Shown: positions 40,817-50,296 of the stretch, piece after piece
Layout: every line of letters begins with the position of its first letter
How positions within the stretch are numbered: position 1 is the stretch's first letter
Notes under the pieces: model-generated
Seen by the model: only the letters and a program-made list of their open reading frames with translations
The model's database searches: none
Told to the model about the DNA's origin: nothing
Source of the DNA: an uncultured virus (IMG/VR IMGVR_UViG_3300031813_000007)
Taxonomy: Duplodnaviria; Heunggongvirae; Uroviricota; Caudoviricetes
Strand: one strand, 5' to 3'
IMG/VR virus record: IMGVR_UViG_3300031813_000007
Span: 1 to 64,000 of that record
DNA length: 64,000 bases
Position numbers and translations under genes: made by a program

Positions 40817-42223
40817 TTATTTCTTAAGTGAGTTAAGCATTGCTTTGAGTTTCGCACCCTGTGTGTCGCCATGGACACGTTTTGACGGGTCTTCTAAAGT
40901 CTCTTGGACCAAATCATTAGTGGAAAACACTTTACTGGATTGTTTTATCTGACTCATAATCTGATTTGCACTTTGCTGTGGTTTATCACCAGAATCTGGG
41001 TCTTCGTCTGTAATACGCATCGTTTCAATGTTGTATTCTAAGTCAATCTTCTGACCAACACCAGTAGAACTACGAGATTTCATGCATTGAATCTGATACT
41101 TACCACGTTCACGCATACTTCTACTCGTGAAGATACCAAACACATAGTCGGCAGTATTGATCTTTGAAATACCACCTGCGATGTGACTATGATCAAACTC
41201 AATCTCTTCAACTGCACTACGATTTAACTGTGATGCAGTTACCATCAGAATACCCAACTCTTTCGCGAGATTGCGTAGTTCTTCCGATACATACTTGTCT
41301 TTGATAAACTGGTCATTGGGATTAACCTTTACCGACACTGGCATAACCAAGTCAAGATAGTCAATCATCACAAAGTCAACTTTAATGCCTGTCTGAATCT
41401 GAACTTCTTTCAGGTATGCGCGGATATCATTGACATTGCTCTGTGCTGGTAGACCCTTGACGCGATACTGACCAGACTTCTTTGCCACCATCTTAACCTT
41501 GAGTTCCGCAGTATCCATGTCTCTGCGAATCTCTTTGGTGCTCATGCTTGTGAGCATTGCGTCGGTGCGAAGTGAAGTGAGTTCTTCTGAAAGTTCAAGG
41601 GTGATATACACGCCACTCAATCCAGCCTGTAGCCAGTTAAGTGCAATGTTCATCATAACGAGTGACTTACCCGAACCGGAACCACCCGCAAAGATATTCA
41701 ACTCACCACGAGACATACCACCATACATAACGCGGTCAAGCTGCGGCCAGCCCGTACTTACCTGACCACCAGCATTGAAGTATTTGTTGAGACGTTCTTT
41801 CGGATCGGCAAAGTAGTCTGTTCCCATATCTCTCTGTAGAGAGATTTGAACAGCATCTTTCACCAACTTTTCTACTGGATTAAAGTCTCCCTTCTCCAAT
41901 AAATCTGCCGCTTTAAGGATTGCGCGTTCAAGTTCTTTGCGTTTGGTGAATGATTCAAACTCTTCCAGAAACCAATCATAATGGCCGGAATCAAGACCTT
42001 CAATAGTTTCAATCTCAACTCCAGTTGTAGCTTTGATCTGAATAGGATCAGGCATAACACTATACTTGTTAGTGTGTTCCGCCAAAAAAGTAGCAACTGG
42101 CCTTAACGTGCGATCAAAGTTTTCTGCGTTCATGATGTTCATAACACGGGTATAAAGTTCCGCATTGGTGACCATCATTCTAAGAAACAAGGTTTGTATT
42201 TCTAAGTTATGCTCTGTTATCAA
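40817..42223 (-). CDS. replicative DNA helicase (T4 gp41/DnaB family)
   Basis: GGSGSGKS, YITLE, IDYLD, TASQLNR and KSR motifs; probable TTG start at 42223. Confidence 0.93.
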   Translation of the reverse strand: MITEHNLEIQTLFLRMMVTNAELYTRVMNIMNAENFDRTLRPVATFLAEHTNKYSVMPDPIQIKATTGVEIETIEGLDSGHYDWFLEEFESFTKRKELERAILKAADLLEKGDFNPVEKLVKDAVQISLQRDMGTDYFADPKERLNKYFNAGGQVSTGWPQLDRVMYGGMSRGELNIFAGGSGSGKSLVMMNIALNWLQAGLSGVYITLELSEELTSLRTDAMLTSMSTKEIRRDMDTAELKVKMVAKKSGQYRVKGLPAQSNVNDIRAYLKEVQIQTGIKVDFVMIDYLDLVMPVSVKVNPNDQFIKDKYVSEELRNLAKELGILMVTASQLNRSAVEEIEFDHSHIAGGISKINTADYVFGIFTSRSMRERGKYQIQCMKSRSSTGVGQKIDLEYNIETMRITDEDPDSGDKPQQSANQIMSQIKQSSKVFSTNDLVQETLEDPSKRVHGDTQGAKLKAMLNSLKK

Positions 42224-42287
42224 GTTTTCTTCTCGCCATCTGAATCTTAATCTTACACTATGTTTGTAGTAAATGCAATAGTATTGG

Positions 42288-42371
42288 GATAAATAAAAGC
42301 GTAGTTCACGGTGGTGGAACACCTAACTACTCTAATGTCATAGAAGGAAACATCAGCAATGACTATTTATT
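42288..42371 (+). promoter_or_regulatory. conserved structured nuclease-gene leader, copy A
   Basis: GATAAATA..GTAGTT-CAC-GGTG..CACC-T-AACTAC-TCTAA..AAGGA..ATCAGCA-ATG. Confidence 0.85.
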
Positions 42372-43009
42372 CACCTACTGGTCACCGAAAGATATATGAA
42401 CATCATTTCGGTTCCATCCCCAAAGATACAACCGGGCGCTCGTATGAGATACATCACATAGATGGTGATCATTCAAATAATGACCCAACTAACCTAAAAT
42501 GTGTTACCATTCAAGAACATTATGATATCCATTATTCGCAAGGTGATTGGGCCGCATGTCTGTTGATTGCGAACCGAATGAAAGTAACAACGAAGGAAAA
42601 ATCCGAGTTGAGCACTCAGGCAAATACTAAACGAGTAGCAGACGGTTCACATAACTTCTTAGGAAAAAATAACCCATCACACGATAGAGTAGCAAAAGGT
42701 ATACATAACTTTCAAGGTGAATCTAATCCTGCCAAGCAAAAAGTTAAATCCGGCACATATCACATGCAAGAAAAAAATAATCCATCGAAACTTCGCGTAG
42801 ATGATGGTACACACAACTTCTTAGGTGAAAGCAACCCATCACATAAAAGAGTGGCAAACGGCACGCACAACTGGCAACAACCAGTTAATGAAAATCATCC
42901 AACTCAGTTTAAATGGAAGTGTCCACATTGTGATAAAGAGGGCAAAGGCAAAAGTATGTTTAAACGGTGGCATGGTAACAAATGCGGTTCACTGCTCCAA
43001 ATGTCGTAA
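42359..43009 (+). CDS. free-standing HNH homing endonuclease
   Basis: EIHHIDGDHSNNDPTNL; 18-aa repeats; C-terminal CPHC..KRWH..C finger. Confidence 0.9.
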   Translation: MTIYSPTGHRKIYEHHFGSIPKDTTGRSYEIHHIDGDHSNNDPTNLKCVTIQEHYDIHYSQGDWAACLLIANRMKVTTKEKSELSTQANTKRVADGSHNFLGKNNPSHDRVAKGIHNFQGESNPAKQKVKSGTYHMQEKNNPSKLRVDDGTHNFLGESNPSHKRVANGTHNWQQPVNENHPTQFKWKCPHCDKEGKGKSMFKRWHGNKCGSLLQMS

Positions 43010-43969
43010 TATTCGTTTTTTAGCGAGTTCTATTTTAATCTTACTGGTAGTTGCGTTTTGTAAGATTGACAAAAGCGTCGGTAGCTTACCATAGGTGCGA
43101 CTCGCATCATTTACGTCTTTAACATCAGTGTCCCAGTTTGGAATACTGACCTGAAAACCCAACTCAAGTGCTTGGTCACAGATAGTCAGTCCCGTTTTAT
43201 CCTGATCGGGGACTACGATGATAGTTCTGTTTAGATTTCGCAGAATATCAATCTGTGTTTCATGTATGGTGTTAGAAGTTAATGCACACCCACCAATACT
43301 TAAAGCATCAAATATACCTTCTACTACAATACAGCAATGTGAATCTGGCTTTTGGAGGTCATATCCAAACAAATATCCCACCTGCTGATCTTTGATATAT
43401 TTCGGGGTGCGATCATCAAGATAACGGCTTACATGACCAACAATCTTGTTTTTAAAAGTATATGGAATGATGATGCGATTGGAATTGCGACCCTCATCAT
43501 TTGGCGTAACCATATATGGATAATCTTTGTAGTTCATCCCACGCTTTGTTAGATAATCAATGAACACTTGATGGGCAGGATTGTTTTCGTCAATCAGTTC
43601 TGCATTAGGAAGCAAAACTTCCTTAAACTTGATTGCCTTTTTCTTCTTGACAACTTTAGCAAGATCAAGTAAGTCTCGGTGTTTTAAACTTTCCAAGTTC
43701 CATTTAGTGACTTGAGAATCGTCAATACCCAACCAACGCATCATTAGCTTGGTATTACCACTGAGTTGCTTCCCTAACGTGAAACCACATTTAAATCCAC
43801 AGTTGAAGCAATGATATGACCAGTTAACACCTTCACTGAGTTTGACTCCACCTCTCATACGTTTGTCGGGCTTATGGCCACGATGATGGCAACAGAACGC
43901 ATTAACGCTTATCCAGCCACTAACCGTGTGTTTTTTCTTTCCCGGTATTAGAGATAGGACATCAAACAT
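42989..43969 (-). CDS. DNA primase (T4 gp61-like)
   Basis: Zn ribbon (HCFNCG), RIIIP, TOPRIM VEGIFDA, PDQD and KDVND motifs. Confidence 0.9.
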   Translation of the reverse strand: MFDVLSLIPGKKKHTVSGWISVNAFCCHHRGHKPDKRMRGGVKLSEGVNWSYHCFNCGFKCGFTLGKQLSGNTKLMMRWLGIDDSQVTKWNLESLKHRDLLDLAKVVKKKKAIKFKEVLLPNAELIDENNPAHQVFIDYLTKRGMNYKDYPYMVTPNDEGRNSNRIIIPYTFKNKIVGHVSRYLDDRTPKYIKDQQVGYLFGYDLQKPDSHCCIVVEGIFDALSIGGCALTSNTIHETQIDILRNLNRTIIVVPDQDKTGLTICDQALELGFQVSIPNWDTDVKDVNDASRTYGKLPTLLSILQNATTSKIKIELAKKRILRHLEQ

Positions 43970-44016
43970 AAACACATTGTAACATACTTGACGTAAAAAT
44001 CAAGTGTTATGGTAAC

Positions 44017-44805
44017 TTATCGTGATAGAACGTTTGTGACGGCACCAGCATTACTGGTGAACATTACGCGGACATAAGGATGGTATCCTTTAATCACATA
44101 TCCAAAAGTATCAGTTACATTTGAATATACTGTGTTTGTGATTGGATACCAGTCAGCATCTACTTGACATGAACCTTGAATAGTTACGTTTCCAACATAT
44201 TCATACAATGAGGTTTGAATAGTGAGGACTGGATTTTCATTTGTATTGATAACGCTAGTATAATAAATGTTGGCATTTGCGTTGCTGATTGGTTGACCAT
44301 TTGAATATGTCTGATTTGTATTTGGGAATGGTTGACCGGTAGGAATGGTGACAACATTTGATGGAACAAAGTATGGGTAAACAGAGTTAACGATATTCAT
44401 ATCCCCACGTGCTCCAGCATTCTGGTCAACGAACACAGGATAGTTTAAGTCCCCTGATGGGAAAATGAGAGAATAGTATGCCTTCTGTGCATCAATGTCT
44501 ACGAGGTCTGCTGACGTAAGATCAAGTGTTGCAATACCGTTTGCAGGAAGTTGTAGATTAAGAGTGGAGGATAATAAAATCTGACTCCCATCATAGCTAA
44601 TGATGTTACATGTGATTGCCAAACCAGTGATGTCAACAGGCTTCTGTTCTTGATTCAGAAACTGGAACTGAATCTGGTTGTCAACTCCTTTGTTTAATGT
44701 TAGTGGTTTTGCATACTGTGGCATATAGACCCTCGGTGAAAATCCTGTTTGTATGATAACATATTGCCTCTGAGTATATACAAAGACTGAAGTTGCATAA
44801 GACAT
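44017..44805 (-). CDS. virion structural protein
   Basis: Beta-rich, low charge; TAAATA upstream. Confidence 0.6.
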   Translation of the reverse strand: MSYATSVFVYTQRQYVIIQTGFSPRVYMPQYAKPLTLNKGVDNQIQFQFLNQEQKPVDITGLAITCNIISYDGSQILLSSTLNLQLPANGIATLDLTSADLVDIDAQKAYYSLIFPSGDLNYPVFVDQNAGARGDMNIVNSVYPYFVPSNVVTIPTGQPFPNTNQTYSNGQPISNANANIYYTSVINTNENPVLTIQTSLYEYVGNVTIQGSCQVDADWYPITNTVYSNVTDTFGYVIKGYHPYVRVMFTSNAGAVTNVLSR

Positions 44806-44894
44806 ATTATACTGTTACCCTTTTCATCCAGTATTTAGTCTTTGAAATATGAAAATATTAAGTTTTGGATCACCAAACTAAATATACAAAGTAT

Positions 44895-45275
44895 ATGGAT
44901 AGCAACGACTTTTTCAGTAAATTGAGCGAAAATCACCCGTTTATAACGGTCTGTTCTTACGCGGGACAAGACTATGTGGGGATTATTCAAAACAGAGATG
45001 ATATGGTAACGACCATATACGACTATGGATCAATTGTAGAACCAGAGTTGAAGTCAAGATTTTTGGAGTTGGGTGATATATGGTGGTGGGAATCAAATAG
45101 AACGATTCCCATCAATCTTTTTTTGAAGCAAGATTGGAACATCTTCAAACCATATATCAAGACGTTCAATAATAAAAGTTTAGTTATACTTCATGGACCA
45201 GTGGTGAGCATTAATGATTTCTTGAAAAAGAGAACCAAAAGACGCTCAATCACCATGGTCAAACGCCTGCCCTAG
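44895..45275 (+). CDS. hypothetical protein
   Basis: WWWESNR.IPINLFL; start probably MDSNDFF. Confidence 0.7.
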   Translation: MDSNDFFSKLSENHPFITVCSYAGQDYVGIIQNRDDMVTTIYDYGSIVEPELKSRFLELGDIWWWESNRTIPINLFLKQDWNIFKPYIKTFNNKSLVILHGPVVSINDFLKKRTKRRSITMVKRLP

Positions 45276-45762
45276 CTTTCTTCTTTTGATCTTTTGTTCT
45301 GCGTTCTTTGGCCAACTTAAAAGTTAAATCGCCAACACGCTGATCAAAGGTGATTCCGATCAAATGGTCATATTCATGTAAGAATACACGGGCTTCCATT
45401 CCAGTTATTTCTCTTTCAATGCCTTCGCCTGCTATATTTTGATACTGCACAATGCATGATACAGGACGCTTTACTTTCATGAATAAGTCAGGGAATGACA
45501 GACAACCTTCCATTCCAGACACACGATCTTCTGACAGAGAAACAACCTTAGGATTGATGCAAGCAACCATCTTAGTAAAGTTGCCCATGATAAAGATGCG
45601 CTTGCTGATTCCGACTTGCGGTGCAGCGAGACCAACTCCACCATTGTTGATCATGAACTTCATCATTTCCTTGATGAGTTCTTCCGGTGAACCGTCAACC
45701 TCAAAGTCCCATTCTGCTGAGACTTCTGATAGTTCGGGGCTGTTTTCTTTAAGTAGTTCCAT
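45259..45762 (-). CDS. def: peptide deformylase
   Basis: GVGLAAPQ, EGCLS and HEYDH signatures. Confidence 0.95.
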   Translation of the reverse strand: MELLKENSPELSEVSAEWDFEVDGSPEELIKEMMKFMINNGGVGLAAPQVGISKRIFIMGNFTKMVACINPKVVSLSEDRVSGMEGCLSFPDLFMKVKRPVSCIVQYQNIAGEGIEREITGMEARVFLHEYDHLIGITFDQRVGDLTFKLAKERRTKDQKKKARAGV

Positions 45763-45775
45763 TGTTAATCCTTAG

Positions 45776-45967
45776 TCATTTTGCAAGCGTATGCCATAGT
45801 ATATCACCTTCATTTACCCAAACGAGAATGGCATCACCTTGACGGTAAAGGTCTTCACTCAGTCCCTCACGCATTTCATCAAACGTGGTTTTTCCACCGT
45901 TAGGTATTTTTGCATGTTCCCATCTTACGGGAGGAAGCTGAAAATCAGGTGGATACTGAGAACTCAT
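45776..45967 (-). CDS. hypothetical protein
   Basis: ATGA-coupled ORF. Confidence 0.6.
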   Translation of the reverse strand: MSSQYPPDFQLPPVRWEHAKIPNGGKTTFDEMREGLSEDLYRQGDAILVWVNEGDILWHTLAK

Positions 45968-46239
45968 CGTGTCAAAACTTCCATCATCTTTTTCTTGGAT
46001 TCCTGATCCAATCTAGTATGATGTTCGTAACGAGAGACGATGCCCATCCCAAGAAAAAACAAACAACAAATGATTGGGAAAACTATAAATCCAAATTTGC
46101 TTGAAAGGTATATAAGCAGACCACCAAATGTGATCCCTGCCAAAGCGGCTCCAACTCCAATTGCAGCATACCCGGCAACATCTTTAATAGCCTTGCCAAG
46201 AATATACCATTTAATCACTGGTGTGTTCCTTTTCCACAT
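45964..46239 (-). CDS. small membrane protein
   Basis: Two hydrophobic segments. Confidence 0.65.
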   Translation of the reverse strand: MWKRNTPVIKWYILGKAIKDVAGYAAIGVGAALAGITFGGLLIYLSSKFGFIVFPIICCLFFLGMGIVSRYEHHTRLDQESKKKMMEVLTR

Positions 46240-46378
46240 TGTGTTTCAACCATTCTCTGCAAATCATGATAAACTCATCGCGTTGCCAAGCAATCTTTTC
46301 GTGACTCAGTTCAACATAATCATTTGCAATGAAACGAATCAACTGTTCAGCGGTCAGTTGTCTAGTATATTTGCTCAT
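46211..46378 (-). CDS. hypothetical protein (55 aa)
   Basis: Below cut-off: MSKYTRQLTAEQLIRFIAND...; coupled to neighbours. Confidence 0.6.
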   Translation of the reverse strand: MSKYTRQLTAEQLIRFIANDYVELSHEKIAWQRDEFIMICREWLKHNVEKEHTSD

Positions 46379-46707
46379 TCGTCACGTTCCTTCAACTTCT
46401 TCTTTAAAGCTTCGTTTTCTCGCTTGATCTTGGAAATCTTGTATTGAGACCAGCTAAGTTCATCATACTTTTTCATGATAGCTGAAATCTCGTCTACATT
46501 GATTTCGCGCAATTCGTCACCATCTGGAGTGATGAATAAGGTGTTGGCATCCCAATCAAACCCAAGATAAATGTTCTTGACCGGAACGGTGCTGCGAGGA
46601 CCTATTTGACCAACACGGAATACAGGAATAGCCACCTGTACTTCTTCTGGATATCGGTGCCTAGACACGATATTATCAATCACTGTTTTGAGTTCAACTA
46701 GGTTCAC
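46375..46707 (-). CDS. hypothetical protein
   Basis: 110-aa ORF. Confidence 0.7.
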   Translation of the reverse strand: MNLVELKTVIDNIVSRHRYPEEVQVAIPVFRVGQIGPRSTVPVKNIYLGFDWDANTLFITPDGDELREINVDEISAIMKKYDELSWSQYKISKIKRENEALKKKLKERDE

Positions 46708-46712
46708 TTGTT

Positions 46713-47288
46713 CTAATATCCCTGTTCAGACAATATATTGGCGTGTATAACAACTAATTGTGCATAAGATATCGCATGACTACGTTTATATGCGTATCCA
46801 GTATCGTCTTTGTCCCAAACTGTTTTACTAACCTCTTTCCAAGTCTTGCCCAATAGATGTCGCTTTGCGGGGCGAATCGCTGCAAGAAACATGGCAAGAC
46901 GAGGAATAGAGTCAATCGGCTCAGGCATCCTCTGAATGAAGTCGTAACTGTTGTTTAGGTGAATCAACTGTTCCACGAAAGAACGATCTTTCAGTTTAGT
47001 CCAGTCTGGATCACGCATCAACTCAACAAGATGCTCTTCACTCTTCACATAGTTATACACATGAACGTTAAGTAAGTCAAGCTTAAAGTAGCCGCGTTTC
47101 TCAGCTTCCTTGTAATCAAGTGCAGCCATGTCATACACAGGATCATAGGGAATCTCGGTAATGTGGACTCCAGTATTATGATTACGAATCGGATTTACCT
47201 TTCGCATTGACGCAGGAATATGGTTGATCAGTGCTAGAATTTGGTCACGATCACCCAAATCAATGTCTACGTCAGAATCAATAATCAT
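46713..47288 (-). CDS. miniature DNA polymerase III alpha (DnaE)-like protein
   Basis: DVDID, HNTGV, GYFKLDLL, AAIRP and YAYKRSHAISYA motifs. Confidence 0.8.
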   Translation of the reverse strand: MIIDSDVDIDLGDRDQILALINHIPASMRKVNPIRNHNTGVHITEIPYDPVYDMAALDYKEAEKRGYFKLDLLNVHVYNYVKSEEHLVELMRDPDWTKLKDRSFVEQLIHLNNSYDFIQRMPEPIDSIPRLAMFLAAIRPAKRHLLGKTWKEVSKTVWDKDDTGYAYKRSHAISYAQLVVIHANILSEQGY

Positions 47289-47289
47289 A

Positions 47290-47577
47290 TTATTCCCATT
47301 TCAATAGAAAGTAAGTATACAACTTTTCGTCTACTACTTCAAACTTATCGGTGATTCTTCCATCAATCATATTCATTTTGATGCCATAGTTCTTTTCTAC
47401 GTATTCTTCAAACTCGTAAGCATCAAACTGACCTTGAAGCTGGTCCAAAGTTGCCATATACTCAACCCGAATCTTCTTTAATGTTCCCCAGTAGTCCCAA
47501 CGCTTCTTTCGAAACTCAATGTCGGGATCATCCGGGTCATAGTCTTCAAGGCCGTTACCTAGTGGAACTTTAACCAT
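47290..47577 (-). CDS. small hypothetical protein (FLLKW tail)
   Basis: Coupled ORF. Confidence 0.7.
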   Translation of the reverse strand: MVKVPLGNGLEDYDPDDPDIEFRKKRWDYWGTLKKIRVEYMATLDQLQGQFDAYEFEEYVEKNYGIKMNMIDGRITDKFEVVDEKLYTYFLLKWE

Positions 47578-47873
47578 TATTCACACAACTTCCAATGAGT
47601 GTATGTCTGTTCTTTCATGACAATATATCCTGCAACTTTGTACCATGGACCCTGATGTTTCGGTGGACCATATTGTTCCCCGCACCATTTTTCCAGATTA
47701 GGTGTAGAATAGATACGATAAAACAACACATCTTCCCATTCGTTTATAGTATAGTTCCATACCTTTTTATTGGAAGGCGCAAATGGTGATAAGTTGCGGT
47801 CGCCATGATGAACGATATAGCTTTGATCTTCGTTGACGAATGGGACTCTTATCCCCATGTTAGATTGAACCAT
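47577..47873 (-). CDS. small hypothetical protein
   Basis: Coupled ORF. Confidence 0.6.
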   Translation of the reverse strand: MVQSNMGIRVPFVNEDQSYIVHHGDRNLSPFAPSNKKVWNYTINEWEDVLFYRIYSTPNLEKWCGEQYGPPKHQGPWYKVAGYIVMKEQTYTHWKLCE

Positions 47874-48082
47874 ACGTAATCTTTCTGATATCTAAACTTG
47901 ACATCCATCGTGTCACCCTGATATATCCAGCGACAGTGACGTTCATGCATATCAATGTGTTCTTTGAGCCAACGTAGAACATCGGCATATTTCTTGATAG
48001 TACCATTAATATTCACTGATACTTCATACCATCCCGGGTTGGTGTTTTCCCACCCACGTTCTCGGTCATAATGATCTAACAT
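47849..48082 (-). CDS. small hypothetical protein (FNLTW tail)
   Basis: Coupled ORF. Confidence 0.7.
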   Translation of the reverse strand: MLDHYDRERGWENTNPGWYEVSVNINGTIKKYADVLRWLKEHIDMHERHCRWIYQGDTMDVKFRYQKDYVWFNLTWG

Positions 48083-48083
48083 A

Positions 48084-48302
48084 TCATAACCATCTCAGAG
48101 AAAACAGCATTGCAGATTTTTCGTTGTCAAAATAAAATGTTTTAATCGCAACATGCTCACTTCTAACCGGATACATTTCTTGAAAGTTGCAATATGTACC
48201 AAGAAAACCATCACAGTTGCGAAGTGCCCATTGTTCTAAATCCCCATCATCAACAAATCTATTTTGATAATCCATGTTGACTAGGACGATTCTGTTATCC
48301 AT
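48084..48302 (-). CDS. small hypothetical protein (FSLRW tail)
   Basis: TGATG-coupled ORF. Confidence 0.7.
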   Translation of the reverse strand: MDNRIVLVNMDYQNRFVDDGDLEQWALRNCDGFLGTYCNFQEMYPVRSEHVAIKTFYFDNEKSAMLFSLRWL

Positions 48303-49030
48303 CAGTAGCCTCCTGCTGCCAAGAGTTGCTTGACTTGAGATACCATTTCTGGATCACGCTTGAACTTTACTGCCCATTGCTCAGGATTGATATACTCCAG
48401 AATATATTTCTGTTGCACTTCATCCAATCCTTCCAGAAAGGCTATGCCACTCTCACTATGGAACAGCATCCACGGGCTAATCTTACCGTTTGTGACTGCT
48501 TGTGCGAGGCGATTGCGGTTTACGTAACGCAAGCAATCTTTGGTTTGTACACCTGCTTCTTTAGCAAGATCAATCGTAGTTTCAATGCTACGTGCCACTG
48601 CATCAAGAGGGTCTTCATCTTTGAGATATTGAACTAAGAACATATTGTAGTTCACGTCACTACACCAGTTGTCAATCTTGATCTTATTATCAAGAAGCCA
48701 ATCAGCATATCTATTTACGTTCAATGCCTTGATATTAACACAATAATGACCAAACTTTACAAAAGCAATATAGTATGCAGACTTTGCAAAGTCCAAATAT
48801 GTGAGACTTTTCTTAGCGGTATTCTTTTTATAGAAACGAATCCAAGACTGGAAACCGATACGATTTCCAGCCAAATCACGGTCTTGCCACCTACGCTTAC
48901 TTTCGCACAGGTGTTTTACCATCGTGGTTTCCTTTTGAAAACTACGATTGCAAAACTCACACTGAAACTCTGGCTTAGTTTCCGAGAGCTTCTTCGTAGT
49001 TTTTGATATCTTGATCCGTGATAAGTTCAC
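48302..49030 (-). CDS. Zn-finger-containing hypothetical protein
   Basis: FQCEFCNRSF..HLC; start uncertain. Confidence 0.7.
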   Translation of the reverse strand: MNLSRIKISKTTKKLSETKPEFQCEFCNRSFQKETTMVKHLCESKRRWQDRDLAGNRIGFQSWIRFYKKNTAKKSLTYLDFAKSAYYIAFVKFGHYCVNIKALNVNRYADWLLDNKIKIDNWCSDVNYNMFLVQYLKDEDPLDAVARSIETTIDLAKEAGVQTKDCLRYVNRNRLAQAVTNGKISPWMLFHSESGIAFLEGLDEVQQKYILEYINPEQWAVKFKRDPEMVSQVKQLLAAGGY

Positions 49031-49562
49031 TTAATAACTCTATTTCATCATATTTAATGGTTGGAAACTTATCTGAAAGATACATCTTTATCTTGTGATT
49101 GTCAACATAAACATTACTCAAAAGTTCAATGTCGCTATCACTATAAGATGGGTATATTTTTTTAAAATACTCCTTAATATCTTTGGATTTTGGAGACTCG
49201 TGCAGTTTACTCACTCGGTCTTTGATGTGCGGAATCCACTGGTGGAATTGTTTGCCTATGCCCGGTGCAGCAGCACAAAGCATCAGCCATACCAAATCCG
49301 GATGTTTCTGTATATTCTCATTAAATAGATACATATTAGCATGATATTCAGTGCTTTGTAAGTAATATGACTGGATATCTTTATTGCCTTTGATGGCGCT
49401 CATCCATTGTACCAGCATATAGAAACTAATACTTTTTTTCTGGGATTCATTGAGGTTTTTATAATAATTATAATCTTTGCGATCTAGTGCAGCCAATACA
49501 TCAAACAAGTTGACTGTTTGGTTTTCTAGTTGGTGTTCTACTGGTAAATTTTTCTTTGACAT
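48975..49562 (-). CDS. hypothetical protein, possibly clamp-loader small subunit (gp62-like)
   Basis: Size and pattern only; own sigma70-type promoter. Confidence 0.4.
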   Translation of the reverse strand: MSKKNLPVEHQLENQTVNLFDVLAALDRKDYNYYKNLNESQKKSISFYMLVQWMSAIKGNKDIQSYYLQSTEYHANMYLFNENIQKHPDLVWLMLCAAAPGIGKQFHQWIPHIKDRVSKLHESPKSKDIKEYFKKIYPSYSDSDIELLSNVYVDNHKIKMYLSDKFPTIKYDEIELLSELITDQDIKNYEEALGN

Positions 49563-49597
49563 TTTTATATAATATCACACTGATTGGGTTCTGTCAA

Positions 49598-50296
49598 CTA
49601 TTTTGGTTTCTGTTTGCACTTATCACCATGATACTTACTGAAGTTTGGCTTGCCTACCATTTTATCACAGTAAATACAAGTTACTCGGATTGTATTTGGG
49701 TTCGGGATATTACGAGCAATGCGGGTAGCTTTTTGTTTTTGTATACTCTCGTCTGTGCGTTTATCGGTCCCGTTCTGTCTTCTAGTATCCCATCGTTTTG
49801 CGTTGCTTTCAGGCGTGTTTGGATTCATAGTTCCGTTACGTTTTCTAGATTCAAGCTGTTTGACAACCCGTTCTGGTGTTTGGGTATTAATGGTTCCATT
49901 CTTCCGGCGAGATTTTATTAAACTGGCAGTATGTTCCGGTGTCCTATCGTATGATCCGTTTTCTTTTCTAATAGTCACTGCCTTTTTGATTGTCTCTTCC
50001 GTGTGTTCTATGCCTTCGCCTGATTCTGGAATTAGATTAGCCCATGTCTTGTGTCCGAATTCGTCCCGTTCATACACTACATTCCATAACTCACTGTAGT
50101 ATAATCCCCAGTGACGAAGTTCATCATTAGTCTGACATTCCTTGAGTATTTCCGTAGTAACATCATATCCGTGTTTTCTAAGGTGCGGTTTCCATAGGTC
50201 ACCTGACCCTTTGTATTTGTAGGGGTCTTGCGAGGTTTTTCCAAGGTATTTAAACCCTGTTTTGTTATGGGTCTTCTTATACAAATAAATAGTCAT
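49598..50296 (-). CDS. free-standing GIY-YIG-like (Seg-type) endonuclease
   Basis: IYLYKKTH..GFKYLGKT..YKGSG..ANL; basic repeats; C-terminal CIYC..YHGDKC finger. Confidence 0.85.
   Translation of the reverse strand: MTIYLYKKTHNKTGFKYLGKTSQDPYKYKGSGDLWKPHLRKHGYDVTTEILKECQTNDELRHWGLYYSELWNVVYERDEFGHKTWANLIPESGEGIEHTEETIKKAVTIRKENGSYDRTPEHTASLIKSRRKNGTINTQTPERVVKQLESRKRNGTMNPNTPESNAKRWDTRRQNGTDKRTDESIQKQKATRIARNIPNPNTIRVTCIYCDKMVGKPNFSKYHGDKCKQKPK

Noticed and set aside
42224..42322. N-terminal extension of the helicase in the ORF track
   Set aside because: It runs through the promoter and the HNH leader; TTG at 42223 fits better.
42288..42371. Leader as tRNA, hammerhead ribozyme or IscB omega/HEARO RNA
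   Set aside because: No cloverleaf or T-loop, no CUGAUGA/GAAA core, too short, and the proteins lack RuvC motifs.
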